The notes under the pieces were generated by a model, which worked only from the letters and a program-made list of their open reading frames with translations, made no database searches and was not told the origin of the DNA. Of a DNA stretch of 19,118 nt, positions 1 through 12,900 are shown in pieces; position 1 is the first letter of the stretch, and every line of letters begins with the position of its first letter. Location of the stretch: the NCBI GenBank assembly GCA_024626585.2, contig JANKJI020000002.1:124153289-124172406 (forward strand), written 5' to 3'. The translations under genes were made by a program, and so were the position numbers. Origin of the DNA: Ginkgo biloba (Eukaryota > Plantae > Ginkgophyta).

Positions 1-39
1 GGACCCTCTTCCTCTATTATTTTTTCTTATCACAAGAGA

Positions 40-1270
40 ATGCAAAAGGAGTAACTAACCACTCAAATATCCCTTACTTCAATTTGAAATAAGTATTCAT
101 AATATCTTCATCCTTGATTCATATTTTATGGTAATATGACTTCAAATCAATTTTATTAAAATACCTAGCTCCCTAAAGTTAATCCAACAGATGTCAATAT
201 ATGGTAAGGGATATATTTATTCATTACAATTTTATTAANNNNNNNNNNNNNNNNNNNNNNNTCAATGTATATGCACCATGTGGCATCCTTTTGTAGCACC
301 AATATAATAGAAAAATCACACGAAGAGGCAATGGGCTTGATATGCCCCTTTAATAACTCTATCAATTGCCTTTAGATATCATCATTTTCTAGTACTAACT
401 TTAAGTAGAGTGTTGTATTAGGAAAAGGTGCACCTAGCTAGATCTATAGCATGAGAAATAACTTTTCTAAAAGTAAGGCCATGTGAAGACTAAAAGATAT
501 TATCATAATAAAATAAAAAATATATTTTATTTATTGTTATGATTTTAAATCCTAGATGGTTTTTTAAAATTACTATATATTCCTATAACTTGTCTCACTA
601 TGTCCTCTAAGCATAATCAAAATATATTTCTAAGAAGCTTACACCAACTATTTATTCTATGACTTATTGNNNNNNNNNNNNNNNNNNNNNNNNNNNNNNN
701 NNNNNNNNNNNNNNNNNNNNNNNNNNNNNTTATATAACTATACTTACCTTGGTAGGGGATAGATTTATCCCTTTTATAATTCACAAATAGAATACTAATC
801 AATATATGACTCCAATCTATAAGCACTACATCATGCATGATCACATCCACATACTATTAATTGATGTGAAACTTAAGGGTGCACTATTTAATGATTTAGT
901 TACCATCATCCTTTGTCCTACTATTAATCTCATATGGTTTGGGATGATCATGAAACTTTATTCCTAATTCTTTTACCATGGATGGAGACACTAAATTCTC
1001 TTAGAATTATTGAAACCGCCTTATTTCTTACTTAAAGCTTCAACGTAAAAATATTTTCTCTTTCCTTACCACTAGAATTGGTGTTGACTAAAGAAATCAT
1101 AGGATTTGATTTTTCTAAAGTAATGGAAATTTTATGAATGTATCTTCTACCTCTTCTCATATAAATCCTTAGCTCCATTTTTTGGATATTTTTTTAATCA
1201 ATTAGATTCATCATCGAATGTCTTCCTATAGTTCCCTACTGGCCCATAAATAGAGCCATATTAATATGGA
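40..1270 (-). mobile_element. Degenerate Ty3/gypsy LTR retrotransposon pol fragment (aspartic protease region plus N-terminal reverse transcriptase), pseudogenised
   Basis: Minus-strand translation across stops and frameshifts gives ENLVSPSMVKELGIKFHDHPKPY (~930-1005), VDVIMHDVVLIDWSHILI (~800-855) and HAIDL..GAPFPN (~425-455). It continues LLKGHIKPIASSCDFSIILVLQKDATWCIYI..LNKI (ORF 165-365), then LLD*L*GARYFNKIDLKSYYHKI*IKDEDIMNTYFKLK*GIFEWLVTPFA (~40-195). These match the gypsy consensus [53 protein letters not shown]. The boundary above ~1030 is uncertain. Confidence 0.9.
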
Positions 1271-1699
1271 TAGCTNNNNNNNNNNNNNNNNNNNNNNNNN
1301 NNNNNNNNNNNNNNNNNNNNNNNNNNNNNNNNNNNNNNNNNNNNNNNNNNNNNNNNNNNNNNNNNNNNNNNACATCGTGTAATTGGCAAATACAAAATGT
1401 GTTAATTTTGAATCAATCATTAACTTTGACACCCTATAATATGGTTGATCACTCACTAATTATATATTCCAATTGTTGCAGGTTGAGATTGTTGGAATAT
1501 TGCATGAAGTTAGTCACTAATTACCTTAGATATTTTATTCTCTAAGGGTAAAGTTTTTGAGTAATGATTTTCAGATCCAAACAAAAAACACTTTTATGAA
1601 ATATTATTGATGAAAGTATGTTAAAAGTAAAATTAGGTTTTGCAATCATAAAAATATAGAGAAAAAGTTTTGACAATCACTTATAAATTATTGAATGTC

Positions 1700-2065
1700 C
1701 ATAAACCTGAATTGATAAATCAAATGTATGAAATTTGAGTGATGATTCTGTAAAGGCGTATCATAGTTTAGGGGTTTAGGTCCCTTAAAATTCAAAGTTA
1801 AAAATTCTTGTTGAACCCATAGACCTAATCAAACTACATGTTCATATTGACAATTATTTTAGATTTTCTTTCATACTGACTTGGGAAATCAGAGTTCACA
1901 AAAGGCACTTTTTATTCCATAAAGTGATTTCTATTTCCTCAATATGTCATAGATCCAAAAATTGAATAAGAGATTGAGCTCCCAACTATGATGAAAGATC
2001 ATCATCAAATTCATATAGTTATTTCCCCAATCAGTTGAAGCATGATACAGTGAAAAAATGTGTGT
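1700..2065 (+). repeat. Diverged direct repeat, copy 1 (partner at ~2595-2970)
   Basis: Collinear shared blocks: aaatcaaatgtat, cccttaaaatt, ttgaacccatagacc, caaactaca, atagatccaaaaa, actatgatgaa. Confidence 0.85.
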
Positions 2066-2274
2066 GTTGAACCATAAATGGGGATACTTTAATATGGACA
2101 ATTAATATAAGGATATAATTGAATTAAAAGCATAATAACCAAGAATAAGGAGTGGATTGACTTTCAAATGCAACGAAGGAGGACGATACCATGCAATCGA
2201 GAAATTCAAATCCTCCTAATTTGAATTTCATCGTTAAAATGTATCCTAATGATTCGATCAATAACTCACTAATC

Positions 2275-2354
2275 ACCCTCTCCAGTTATCGTACATTGGA
2301 ATGGTTAAGACTACCCTCTCCAGTTATCACATGGAGTTGGTAACTGACTACCCT
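2275..2354 (+). repeat. Minisatellite, ~37-38 bp unit, two copies plus the start of a third
   Basis: accctctccagttatc occurs exactly at 2275-2290 and 2313-2328. gactaccct marks both unit junctions. Confidence 0.85.
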
Positions 2355-2594
2355 TGGTTTCTATTATATTTTGAAGAGGTAGTGGTATGATGAAAAATGG
2401 CATAGTTAAACGAGAAGCTAGAGTTGATAAAGTCCTCTTGAAGGAAAATACTAGAAGTAAGGATGGGTTTTGAATCATATGTGAGNNNNNNNNNNNNNNN
2501 NNNNNNNNNNNNNNNNNNNNNNNNNNNNNNNNNNNNNNNNNNNNNNNNNNNNNNNNNNNNNNNNNNNNNNNNNNNNNNNNNNNNNTTTAAAAGT

Positions 2595-2970
2595 TTATGG
2601 GCCCAAGTTAACAAATCAAATGTATAAAATTTAAATGCTCAATTTTTAAAGGTGTATCAAAGTTCGGGAGGTAGGGCCCCTTAAAATTTAAAGCTAGAAA
2701 TGACTATTGAACCCATAGACCCAACCAAACTACACTTTGTATTAATATTATTTTGGATTCACTTTCATAATGAATCAGGAAATTAAAGTTTAAAGAATAC
2801 ACCTTACATTCTATGAATTTAGTTATATTTCCTTGAGGTCTTATAGATCCAAAAAAGTAATAATTTAAAATGAATTGGAGATCAAGATCTAGACTATGAT
2901 GAAGGATTTCCATTGACTTAGTATACCATTTTCTCAATTGGTTAAAACACGAGAGAGTAAAAGAAGGTGG
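2595..2970 (+). repeat. Diverged direct repeat, copy 2 (partner at ~1700-2065)
   Basis: The same blocks occur in the same order, offset by ~0.9 kb. The offset includes a 100-N gap. Confidence 0.85.
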
Positions 2971-3289
2971 GGACCACATATTTTAAATGAAGATATGGGG
3001 TGATATAAGACTAATAGTTCTCCCCATCAAATAACCACCTTGCATATTTTTCCATATTAGGTGCAAGGATCATCCCTTATTTTAAATAAATTAGTTGACA
3101 TGATGTCAAGTTAATGCTCAAGGTGACAAATTGATTTCCCTCTAATTACAAGAAAGTTGCCTATTTATTAGCCAATCCTAAAATATTTTGTTATTACAAA
3201 GTTATTCATTTATTAAAAAGTAATTAATGGGATCAAAAGTGAATAGAATATGAAAGAGTAGAGTGTAGTTTATTGAAGAAATCCATTAT

Positions 3290-5290
3290 GTCAAAGGATA
3301 TTGAATATTGCCAAATCTCAAGTTGTATATCATGGCCAAAAGGAATGAAAGAGGAGAAAGGATCCAAACATTTGAAGCTTCCTAGGTGGTGGAGATTCAA
3401 GATCCCTTAGATATATGTTGAGATGAATTTAGACCCATGTATGATGGTTTTATTCACATGGCAAAGGAAAAGAGAGAGGTAAAAATCCTGTGGAAATTTA
3501 TTCTAGTGCAAGTAGTAGCTTTCCCTAATGTGATGTCCTGTCAAGAATTGATAGAATGGATGGTAGGAAGGTATGACCTAGTTAAGAGAATAGTATTAAC
3601 TATTGAAGAATAGATATTTTATCCCTTAAACCATTAGTTTTTTCACAAAATGTTAGAATTTTATATTCTAGAAGAATAATTTTATTTTAAGAGGGAAGGG
3701 ATTTTATGAAAATTATGCTCAAATACCAAAATTAATCAATTCTTGGAAAAATGCGCCAGTTGTGAGTTATGTAAGGAAATCCCATTATGAAACTAGAAAA
3801 TTAGAAAGGGAATATAAGGACATAGTTTCATTATTGAGTAAATTATTTGGCAACAGAGACTCTATTAAATTATATCACTACATGGTATACTTGATTTATT
3901 ATGTTAGTGAAAAGGGGAAAATATTTGATTAGGAAAACCTTATCAGTGTTACCATATCTCATCAAATTTTTATGTATTATTATGTGATTTATGGTCTATT
4001 TTTCTCTTAATATATCTAAGGTTTTCCTTGTAACCATTTTAATAAAGAAGAGAAAAGGTTACTGACTCCATTTTAGTTCCCTAAAATTTGGAAGGATAAG
4101 TACAAGAAATAATTCTACCTAGTGAATGATAACTTTGTTTATAGGGTATTTTCCCTTTCAGATAATCTGGAGCCTCCAAGGGTGAGTGACATTACTAAAG
4201 AGGCTTTAAGAGGTATTAGAGATTAGTATATAGAGAAAGACTATACATATGTGATTTTATATGGCTTCAAAGGTAGCCCATATCATCTTCCAAAATATAT
4301 AGATAATCATATTGTATTCTATGAGGTATGTTGACAAATCCAATCCATAGAAGGTAAAGTTTCCCAGAGATGAAAGAAGGATACTTTTCATTGTTTCCCT
4401 TTCAAGTTTGGTGAGTTCACAATAATTAAAATTGGGTAGAAAAGATCCCATACAAAATATATTCAGGATATTAGATTAGGAGAAGTCAGGCCATGGGCAT
4501 ATGATCCTAAGGGACTTTGCATACAACATTGTAAAATAAATTATTATCATACCTGAAGATGAAATCAAGAACCCAATTGATTATTATTGGGTCACTCATA
4601 GAAGAAGAGGTTGTATGAACCCATAAAATAGTATTGAGGATTCCAAGTCATCAAAAGATAGTGATGTTTTTTATGAACAAATAAATATTGATAGAGGAGA
4701 TTTTGAGAGTAAAAATTTTTCTTGACAAGGATCTAGTGCAAAAGAACAAAGTTCCTCCCCAGGAATAGTGGGTGATAAGTGTGAGTTGGGAAGTAGTCAA
4801 TAAATTATAATTAAGAAGAACATTTTTACTCTCAACCAAAGTGATACAATGGGTGCACGAGGAGGCGGTGATGGAGATGATATTAATAAGGGAAAGAAGT
4901 AGAAAAGGAATCATGAGGAAGACCCATTGATCATCAGGAATAAAAGATCATCTAAAAGACAAATTTTGGGAGAATCATTAATCAAGAATAAACATATTGT
5001 TAATCTTAAATCACCTAGTGTTTCTTCTACTTAGACTAGACAAAACCCTATCTCTATCTCATAAAATATAGAGGTGGAAGTTTAAGATACTTATTGGGAA
5101 GAATAATCACTCAATGCCTAGTTGCTAGAGTTGATGATCATGCATGTGAGCCCCAGTGAAATAGGCATTACCTCTCCCCTTGAATTTAGTAAGAAACATG
5201 CTTCTTTAAATTTCAATGCACGTAAGAAGACTATTTATGTGAGGGATGCCAAACCTAAGTATTTAAAATACAAATAAGTAGTAACTCCAA
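3290..5290 (+). pseudogene. Decayed long ORF resembling an uncharacterised retroelement-associated accessory protein family (gymnosperm-type)
   Basis: Purine-rich, coding-like strand. Fragments: KILWKFILVQVVAFPNVMSCQELIEWMVGRYDLVKRIVLT (~3482-3601), LLSKLFGNRDSIKLYHYMVYLIYYVSEKGKIFD*ENLIS (~3831-3947), EPPRVSDITKEALRGIRD*YIEKDYTYV, YGFKGSPYHLPKYIDNHIVFYEVC*Q (~4260-4337) and RPWAYDPKG (~4488-4514). The family assignment is from my recollection of conifer hypothetical TE proteins, not from a search. Confidence 0.65.
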
Positions 5291-5699
5291 NNNNNNNNNN
5301 NNNNNNNNNNNNNNNNNNNNNNNNNNNNNNNNNNNNNNNNNNNNNNNNNNNNNNNNTTGCATAAGGTTTCATTTTAGGGATTGAAATTAAAGATAGATGA
5401 ATTATCATGTGAAAATTCCTAGTTGAAAGGAAAAATTGTATTGTTGGAAGGAAGAGTGAAATAATTCAAGTTGTCCTTTTTTCCTCTGATGATGGTACAA
5501 TCCATTTTTTCCATAAGGCCCTCAGCATACACTGCATTGTAGAGAAATATTTACATTGCAAATATTTATAAAAATCCTTTTCAAGAATTCATACAAGAGG
5601 TTGCAAGTAAAATCATGTAGTTAGGATCATAGGTGTTGGAATTGGCTAGAAAGATACTATCCATGTTGCATGATGTATCATCCTGGTGCTACCCCACTA

Positions 5700-7060
5700 A
5701 AATTAGCGGTAGCGCTAGGCCTAGGAACATTAAACTTTTTACTAGATAAATCATTATGAGAGAGAGGGGTATAGACAACCACTAATGAGAACACACATAG
5801 CATAATACATGTGGAGAATAAATTTATTCTATTAATAAAGTCCACAATGAATATTACAGATATAATTCATATGGTTACACCATTCTAAACAATGTTTCTT
5901 AACGTACACTCTATAGCCTGCTATCAAATTCTTATATCGATATTTTCCTTCTGAGATGCNNNNNNNNNNNNNNNNNNNNNNNNNNNNNNNNNNNNNNNNN
6001 NNNNNNNNNNNNNNNNNNNNNNNNNNNNNNNNNNNNNNNNNNNNNNNNNNNNNNNNNNNGGGAGTGGAACTCCACTTAACATTTCTGTATCACTTATCTG
6101 AAAAATGCATGCCACCACCCTTAACATAAATGGTGCATTATATCAATCACATGTATGACAAGTAGAGACATGAGTGAATTAACTATTTCATTGTTGATCC
6201 AAGGAGGATCATATCCCATGTTTATACATGTCAAGACCACTTTGGGTTTTTCAAATGTTTCTAAAAAAATTTTACCTTCCATGCCTCATACTCGATGTCT
6301 TTCAAGAAAAAACCACCCAAACTCCTAAACTATGAAATTTGATCATGGATGAAATTTGGATGTCTACCTTCCATCAGTTGATGTTTATTTCCCATTCAGT
6401 TCTATGAGATAAAGGTGCATTGATGTTCCTTCACCATCTTGGGATCTGAGCTCTGAACTATTAAGAGGATCTTATTTTATCTCCTTACCTTGTATTTAAT
6501 CTATGTTCAATTTTGTGATGGGGATTGTCTACTCAACATTTTCAAAAAATTCAAACATTGAATTATGTGTTTAAGTGATGATAGACTTAAGTATTTTGTT
6601 TCTAATATTTTACTCTCTTATTAGGTCTACAAGCCATATGAACATTCTCCCTCTTTGTCTTTTAATTTTTTATGTTTCTCAAAGTTTTAAAAAGTGGAAA
6701 AAAGTTCTTAAGTTATTTACACCATAAAATCCTCGAAATTCCAAAACTCCAAGTGGCCCTTTTTTTAAATACAAAATGTGTTGAAATACTTATGCTTCTT
6801 AGCATTTCCATTTTTCCTCCAAATTCCAAGTTCTTTCAAATGATCAACTTCTACACCTTGAAAATGATTCCATTATTATGATGACTTCTATGCCTTCTTT
6901 CATTCTCTTCTTTAATTGAAACACTGTATGAAAATTTGATTCCATCTTGATCTCCTAGGTAGCCTTATATTAATTACCTGCAAAATAATATAAAAAGAGG
7001 GGTTCCTATACATTGATCAACAAGGTGGCCTTACTCAGGAAGATCACCTGCTTTTAGGGG
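5700..7060 (-). mobile_element. Probable LTR retrotransposon non-coding/LTR remnants, boundaries poorly defined
   Basis: No intact ORF and CpG-depleted. Sequence style (acacacatagcataatacatgtggag..attaca; minus strand tttgcaggt..caagatggaatcaa) is reminiscent of conifer LTRs. This is pattern recognition only. Confidence 0.3.
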
Positions 7061-7061
7061 G

Positions 7062-8140
7062 TGTAGATCCCATAATATTTGGTTTCATAGATAATTATCT
7101 TCTCTTAACTTATTTAGTATGTAATTTATGGAAAGTAAAGAACATTATTTTAAGATGAATACATTTAGGAGGAATGTAGAGTATAGCAGAGTCAAACTAA
7201 GCTCTAAAATTATTTGACACAGGAAATGGTGCAATGATGCTAATGACTTGAGGTGGAAATAATAACTAGGTGAATGGGCTAATTGGATGTTAGAGGTATA
7301 TATTATTTCACTAATATTTTAGTGGAGAGACTTATGAAGTAGTTAGTTTTAAAAATAACCATGATTAGAAAGTAGGTTAACACTTAGGAAATTTGACATG
7401 AGGTAATATTAGGGTGGACTATATTAGAAAATAAAGACTTGGATGTGAATCTTCAAACTAAAAAACATGTTGGATGGATTCGAATGTCCCATCAATAAAA
7501 TTTCATCCCAAATTTAGTGCCAATCAGTATGCTTATAAGTTCAAATAAAATATTTCCCCCACATATTAATTCTACACTCACTTNNNNNNNNNNNNNNNNN
7601 NNNNNNNNNNNNNNNNNNNNNNNNNNNNNNNNNNNNNNNNNNNNNNNNNNNNNNNNNNNNNNNNNNNNNNNNNNNNNNNNNNNTTTTTTCAATGAAGGTG
7701 AAGCGACTCCTTTTTTTAGAGAGAAGCACCATTTGAATCTTCCTCCATCTTCACATCGAAGTAAATTCTTTCTTGCGTAATTGAAGATTTTCATTTTAGT
7801 TTAGAGTAGAAGCTGATGGTTATTCTATGTTTAGTTTTAAAGCTCTAGATTTTCTTTGTTACATAAATGTTAATCAAGGTATTACAAATTAAGTTAATGA
7901 ATTCTTAGATTCCTTATGAGTAGTGTTATATGTTCATAGATCATATTTGTTTATCTAAATGATAATGTGTAAGAGTCTTATTCTACTATTATATGTCATA
8001 CAGTGTGGTATGCATTTAAATAAATAGGATACTGTCCTATATTATGACTATCATGTGTGATAGGGAGGAAGAGATTGCTACTAGGATAATAAGGAAGGCC
8101 CATGATGAAATGTTCCCTTGCTAGAAAATATACTTCAATA
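7062..8140 (+). mobile_element. Putative LTR (~1.1 kb including a gap) preceded by a short polypurine-tract-like run
   Basis: AGGGGG (7056-7061) is immediately followed by TGTAGATCCC. The candidate end tacttcaata (8131-8140) could be a mutated ..CAACA terminus. No target-site duplication or second copy is visible. Confidence 0.35.
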
Positions 8141-8499
8141 TTATCTATGCTATCTTTATATCATATTGCCAACCAGTTCACTATTAAAGTGTAATGTCAT
8201 CATCCAATAGATGCACTTAGTAAATAGAAAACATATATCTCCAATCAACCCAACATTTAGCATTTGCGAAAAGCATATATGAGTTAGCAACACCCTAAAA
8301 AATCTCAAAGATAGAATCTTTATTAAAATGAAAAATGAAAAGGATTTAAAATAATAAATATTCTTGTATTAGGCTCAATAGTTGAGCTTGGAAAATAATT
8401 TTTTCTTTCAAATCTATGTATGTGAGTTAAAAGAACCATGTACATCTAAAATAATATTTATATTCATTATGCCTGTAATTAGGATGAATATTATTTTGA

Positions 8500-8585
8500 A
8501 TTATATATATATTCATATCTATTTATCTATTTATATATCTATGTTATAGATAAACAAAAATATAGATATATATATATTATATAGT
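8500..8585. repeat. AT/ATCT low-complexity, quasi-palindromic tract
   Basis: (TA)n runs with atctat blocks on the left facing atagat blocks on the right. Confidence 0.7.
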
Positions 8586-9825
8586 TTTAACTTGAGCTGA
8601 GTTGATTCCATATGTGATTTACAATGAATTTTATTTTTAATACTTTCATTGAGATTAAGGAGAAAAGTCATAGATGGACATTTATAGAGGAAATGGGCTC
8701 ATGAATGCATCCTTATTTTTCTTAATATAATAGTATAGAGTAGATATATCTATATATATGTATATATGTCTATAGTCATAAAATTGTTGGGTAACTTAAT
8801 TCTTGATTTAAAATTTATATAACCAACTAATAGTAAGAAATTTATAAATTTTTACCATATGTATCTGAAATAGATAAAAATTTACTTTTCAAAAGTTGTC
8901 ATGTTTATTAAGTTGTAGCTAAAATTAGGTTAATTTTTTGAGAAAAACTATTTTTTAGATAATAGTTAAAATATTTATAACGTGAATGAATATGAAAAAA
9001 CTAATTAAAGAATATGGTGGATTGATATGAATTTTAAAAATGTGAATTTCTATAAAATGAATTATTATANNNNNNNNNNNNNNNNNNNNNNNNNNNNNNN
9101 NNNNNNNATTGTATTGGGATTATGCGTTGAAATTTATAAAATTCTTATTAGTTCATAAGTAAGGATGTCACAATCAAGAGACAAAAGGGCAATTAATTTG
9201 CTAATTATATAGAGAAAAAATACTTACACAAAAAAATTAAAATTAGTATTTTTTACATTTATGGTCAATAAAATCAACTCCATGTGTGTGTGTTATGATA
9301 TGGTCACATCAACATATGGAAACTCAAAATATGATATGCCATTATCTCTAAAGGCTCTATTTAATAATTATATATGTGATAAGCTTGTATTTGAAGTAAT
9401 AATGTTATTATGTATAATATTTTCTTCAATGTCATTAAGCCCATATATACTACTCAATAATTAAGAGTTAAATATGTATTAATCTTTCATGTAATGGATG
9501 CATATATTGGGTAAATAATAATTACGCAGTCAACTTATATTATATCTATACTTATATATGCAAAACTAAGAATGGAGATGCGTGCAATTAGGTTAGGAAT
9601 TATAAGAGTAAAATATTATACGAATGACATTTTTATCTTAAAGGCAAGGTTTAATATGTATGAGCCTAAAATATGGCACTAGATAATTTGTTAAGTGTAT
9701 TTATTATGTTCATAACAATACTTGTTAGAGGGATAAAAACATATTTATTTTTCTAATATTTGAAACCATTTTTTCCCATTAATGAGTATTGTTAGATGTT
9801 TGTAGCAAAGGAATACTAATGAGGC

Positions 9826-9936
9826 AATTATTTACCTCAGGTTTGTAAATATATGTATGGTAATTATTAGTCCTAGGTTCACAAATATATTATTCCCTAG
9901 GGGTTCATAAACATATGTATGATAATTATTCACCCC
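9826..9936 (+). repeat. Degenerate minisatellite, ~30-36 bp unit, about 3 copies
   Basis: The pattern ttatt..c..ggtt...aaa(t/c)atat recurs three times, with atatgtatg(g/a)taattatt in copies 1 and 3. Confidence 0.7.
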
Positions 9937-12900
9937 AACTTATTTATTGATACTTATAATCATCTTATTCTCTTAGGTATAAAATCAATGAGTGTTATTA
10001 TATCATCAAAGAAATTTGTCATGCCAATTATTTCCCAATGGTTTCTACTAATAGATGATAGATAAACAAACACATACATTCACACATAGATGTATTATTT
10101 GAAGAATTTTGTTAGACATTAAAAAAAAATTGATTATGTATTATCTATTTAACATAAAGATCTAGATGTGTTTAGTTAGTTTCTAAAGGTATTTGATTAG
10201 CTATAATTAGTCCAATGACATAGGAAAGAAATATAAATGTTTAATACATAATTAAAGATAAGGGGTGGATTAAGTTATAATCATGGCATCATTCGCCATC
10301 AATAAAATTATTTATCAATTGCCCAACAATAAGCTTAAGCAATATATAAGTTATTATTTAAAGGAACTTTCATGTTGGCATGTTATGTCTACATTAAAAA
10401 TAAAAGTATGATTTATCTCATCCCTATTAAAAATATATACTTAAAGACAATATGCCTAAGATCCTTGTATTAAGTATGACTCCATTATAAAGTATTAAAA
10501 TATGGTAATATATAAATAGAAATTCCTACTAATTGACCACCATCTCAAATGTGATTAAATGAAATAAGGTAAAAATAAATAAAATCACATTTTTATTTAA
10601 GTGTTTCATTCAATTGTTGGTTATTTATAAATAATGACTGTTGAATGAAAATAAATTTTCAATTACTATCTCAAGAACTTATCTCTCGTTCTTATTCTTT
10701 CACATTATACCAACAAAACTTATAGAAAGCATGAGACCCTCTATGGTATGATCAAAGTTTTACACCTTTTGTAAAGAACACATGAGGACTAATATTTTAG
10801 TGGGTAGACTTTCTCTTTTCACATATCTCCAAATTCAAGGAAGATATAGTAAGCACTCTAGTCATGTTCTATTAAAGTAATCTCTTTAATATATCCCTTG
10901 CCTTATTGCTATTATAAGAAGAAGTATTATATCGCATTAACCTTAGTCTGATTCTTACACAAAGATTACTCAATATGCTTGGGAATGAAAGAAAATAGGG
11001 TCCACCTATCCTTTTTCATGTATTACAATGAGTTCAAGTTAACTTGGTAAAATTTGAGGTTATTGATTATATGAGTTTAATATGCAAGATAGAAGCCCAT
11101 CACTTTGTAACTTTATTTGAGTGATAAATAATCATCTAGGCCATTTAGAACTAACTTCAACACGTGTATGCTTACAACCCTAAATGAATACCATCCATTC
11201 CCATACAAGATGTCAAACAACTTCATTTTTCCATAGCGTAAATGAATATATGTGGTATAAACTTGTGGGGTATGTTTCTTTATACTTATACTCTCAAATA
11301 ACCAAGAAGGAATANNNNNNNNNNNNNNNNNNNNNNNNNNNNNNNNNNNNNNNNNNNNNNNNNNNNNNNNNNNNNNNNNNNNNNNNNNNNNNNNNNNNNN
11401 NNNNNNNNNNNNNNTCAATTGTTCTCTAGTTTCTACCATGTTAGAGATTTAATGAAGCCTTGGAGTTGCAAAGTAATATGCCCTTAGTCTTCACATAGTT
11501 TGACCTCTATCTAGAAGATCCCTACCTCTTTTCCTCCCCATAGTCATAACATCTCTACTAGAAAGTGCTATTATAGAGTTTCCATGAGTATTCTCTATAT
11601 GAACTTTATATCCCTAGCTTTAGTTCAACTAAAGTCACTAATTCTCACTTCCTTATCCCTATCATTAATCTTGTCATTGCCCTTGCATACCCGTTTCTTG
11701 CTCAAATTTATTTCCCCACCGCACACCCTCCTAACTGTACCTCTACTCCACACACACTCCCATGGCCTTGTATCCCTTTCTCTCACCCCTCTTGGCTGCA
11801 CCCTACACCATAGAGGCTTGCCCACCTATACCTAGCCTATTGAGACCATGTTGTCCCCTCTCATTCTCTGATCCACCTTACACACTCACCACCTACACAT
11901 ATGAAGTCGACGAAAAAATGCCAAAAATACAATGCATAAGGTTGAGAAACTATAGAGAAAATTAAAAAATATTTTAATGTTTTATTAAAATCCTTAGGCC
12001 ACCTTAGTTTCTAGTGTTAGGTCATGTGGGAGAGCCATATGGTCTCACTCAAGGGGCATAAAGGGTGAAAAGTGGGTTTATTGGTTTCTAATATCGAAAG
12101 TGTGTCTTAGGCTTAGGTACCATGATAGGGTCTAAGTTTTGGATCTTAAATCCTTAAACACATTCTTGTGAACTAACACATAAAGTAAACAGATAAGATC
12201 AAGCAATAAAACACACATCTTCATAAATAAAATGGAGAGCTAATAACAATGTAATATTGGATACACATGGCGTGAGTAATTAAATGAATTGGGAGGGGGG
12301 ACCTCATTGGTCATAAAAATGATTAAAAATATGAATTCCAAAAATCATGCACATTCATAAAGTCATATCAAGGAAGCACATGCCCAAGGATAATTAAACA
12401 CAAGGATAATAAGTCAATATCTAGTACCCCCCTCATGTCATCATAAGCATCTCAACAAGGTGACCAACCTACTTAAATAAGGGGGTAGAGAGGGACACTT
12501 CAACTTTTAATTTCTCTCTCGTCCATTAGCAAGATTTTTTTCCATAGTGTACTAGAACATTATGGATTAGTTTTCATGATTATGACATTTTGACTAGATC
12601 ATGATCACGACAACCCACACTAGTCTACCTGCATTCATCCCTCACTTTGACCTTGAGTCTACCCTAGAATTATGACCATGACCCTTGATTACATAAGGGA
12701 TTAAGGTCATTTTTGTCCTCATTTTAAATTAAAAAGTTAAATTAAATTAAAAATTCAAGTTGTTAGCATGGACCTCTCTCACCACGTGTTGGAGGGTGCA
12801 TGATGGGGATTTCTATCTCTAACATCTTTTATTGTCACTATCAGGGACTCATTGAGGTTGCTTCAACTTGTGTCCCTAGGTCAATGAAGGATTAATTTAT

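Noticed and set aside
2275-2354. Repeat-spacer-like pattern suggestive of CRISPR
   Set aside because: Only two exact 16-bp copies, the intervening sequences resemble each other, the context is eukaryotic and there are no cas genes. It is a minisatellite.
6672-6881. Short ORFs such as 6672-6881, 9261-9464, 15608-15940 and 17103-17285 as small genes
   Set aside because: AT-rich, low-information translations within TE-like DNA, with no domain signatures or CpG/GC support.
10700-11310. Possible second LINE fragment on the minus strand
   Set aside because: Only faint hints of motifs; I could not build a convincing collinear translation.
12425-12487. taccccc...gggggta inverted pair as a MITE or miRNA hairpin
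   Set aside because: The stem is too short and the interior does not pair.
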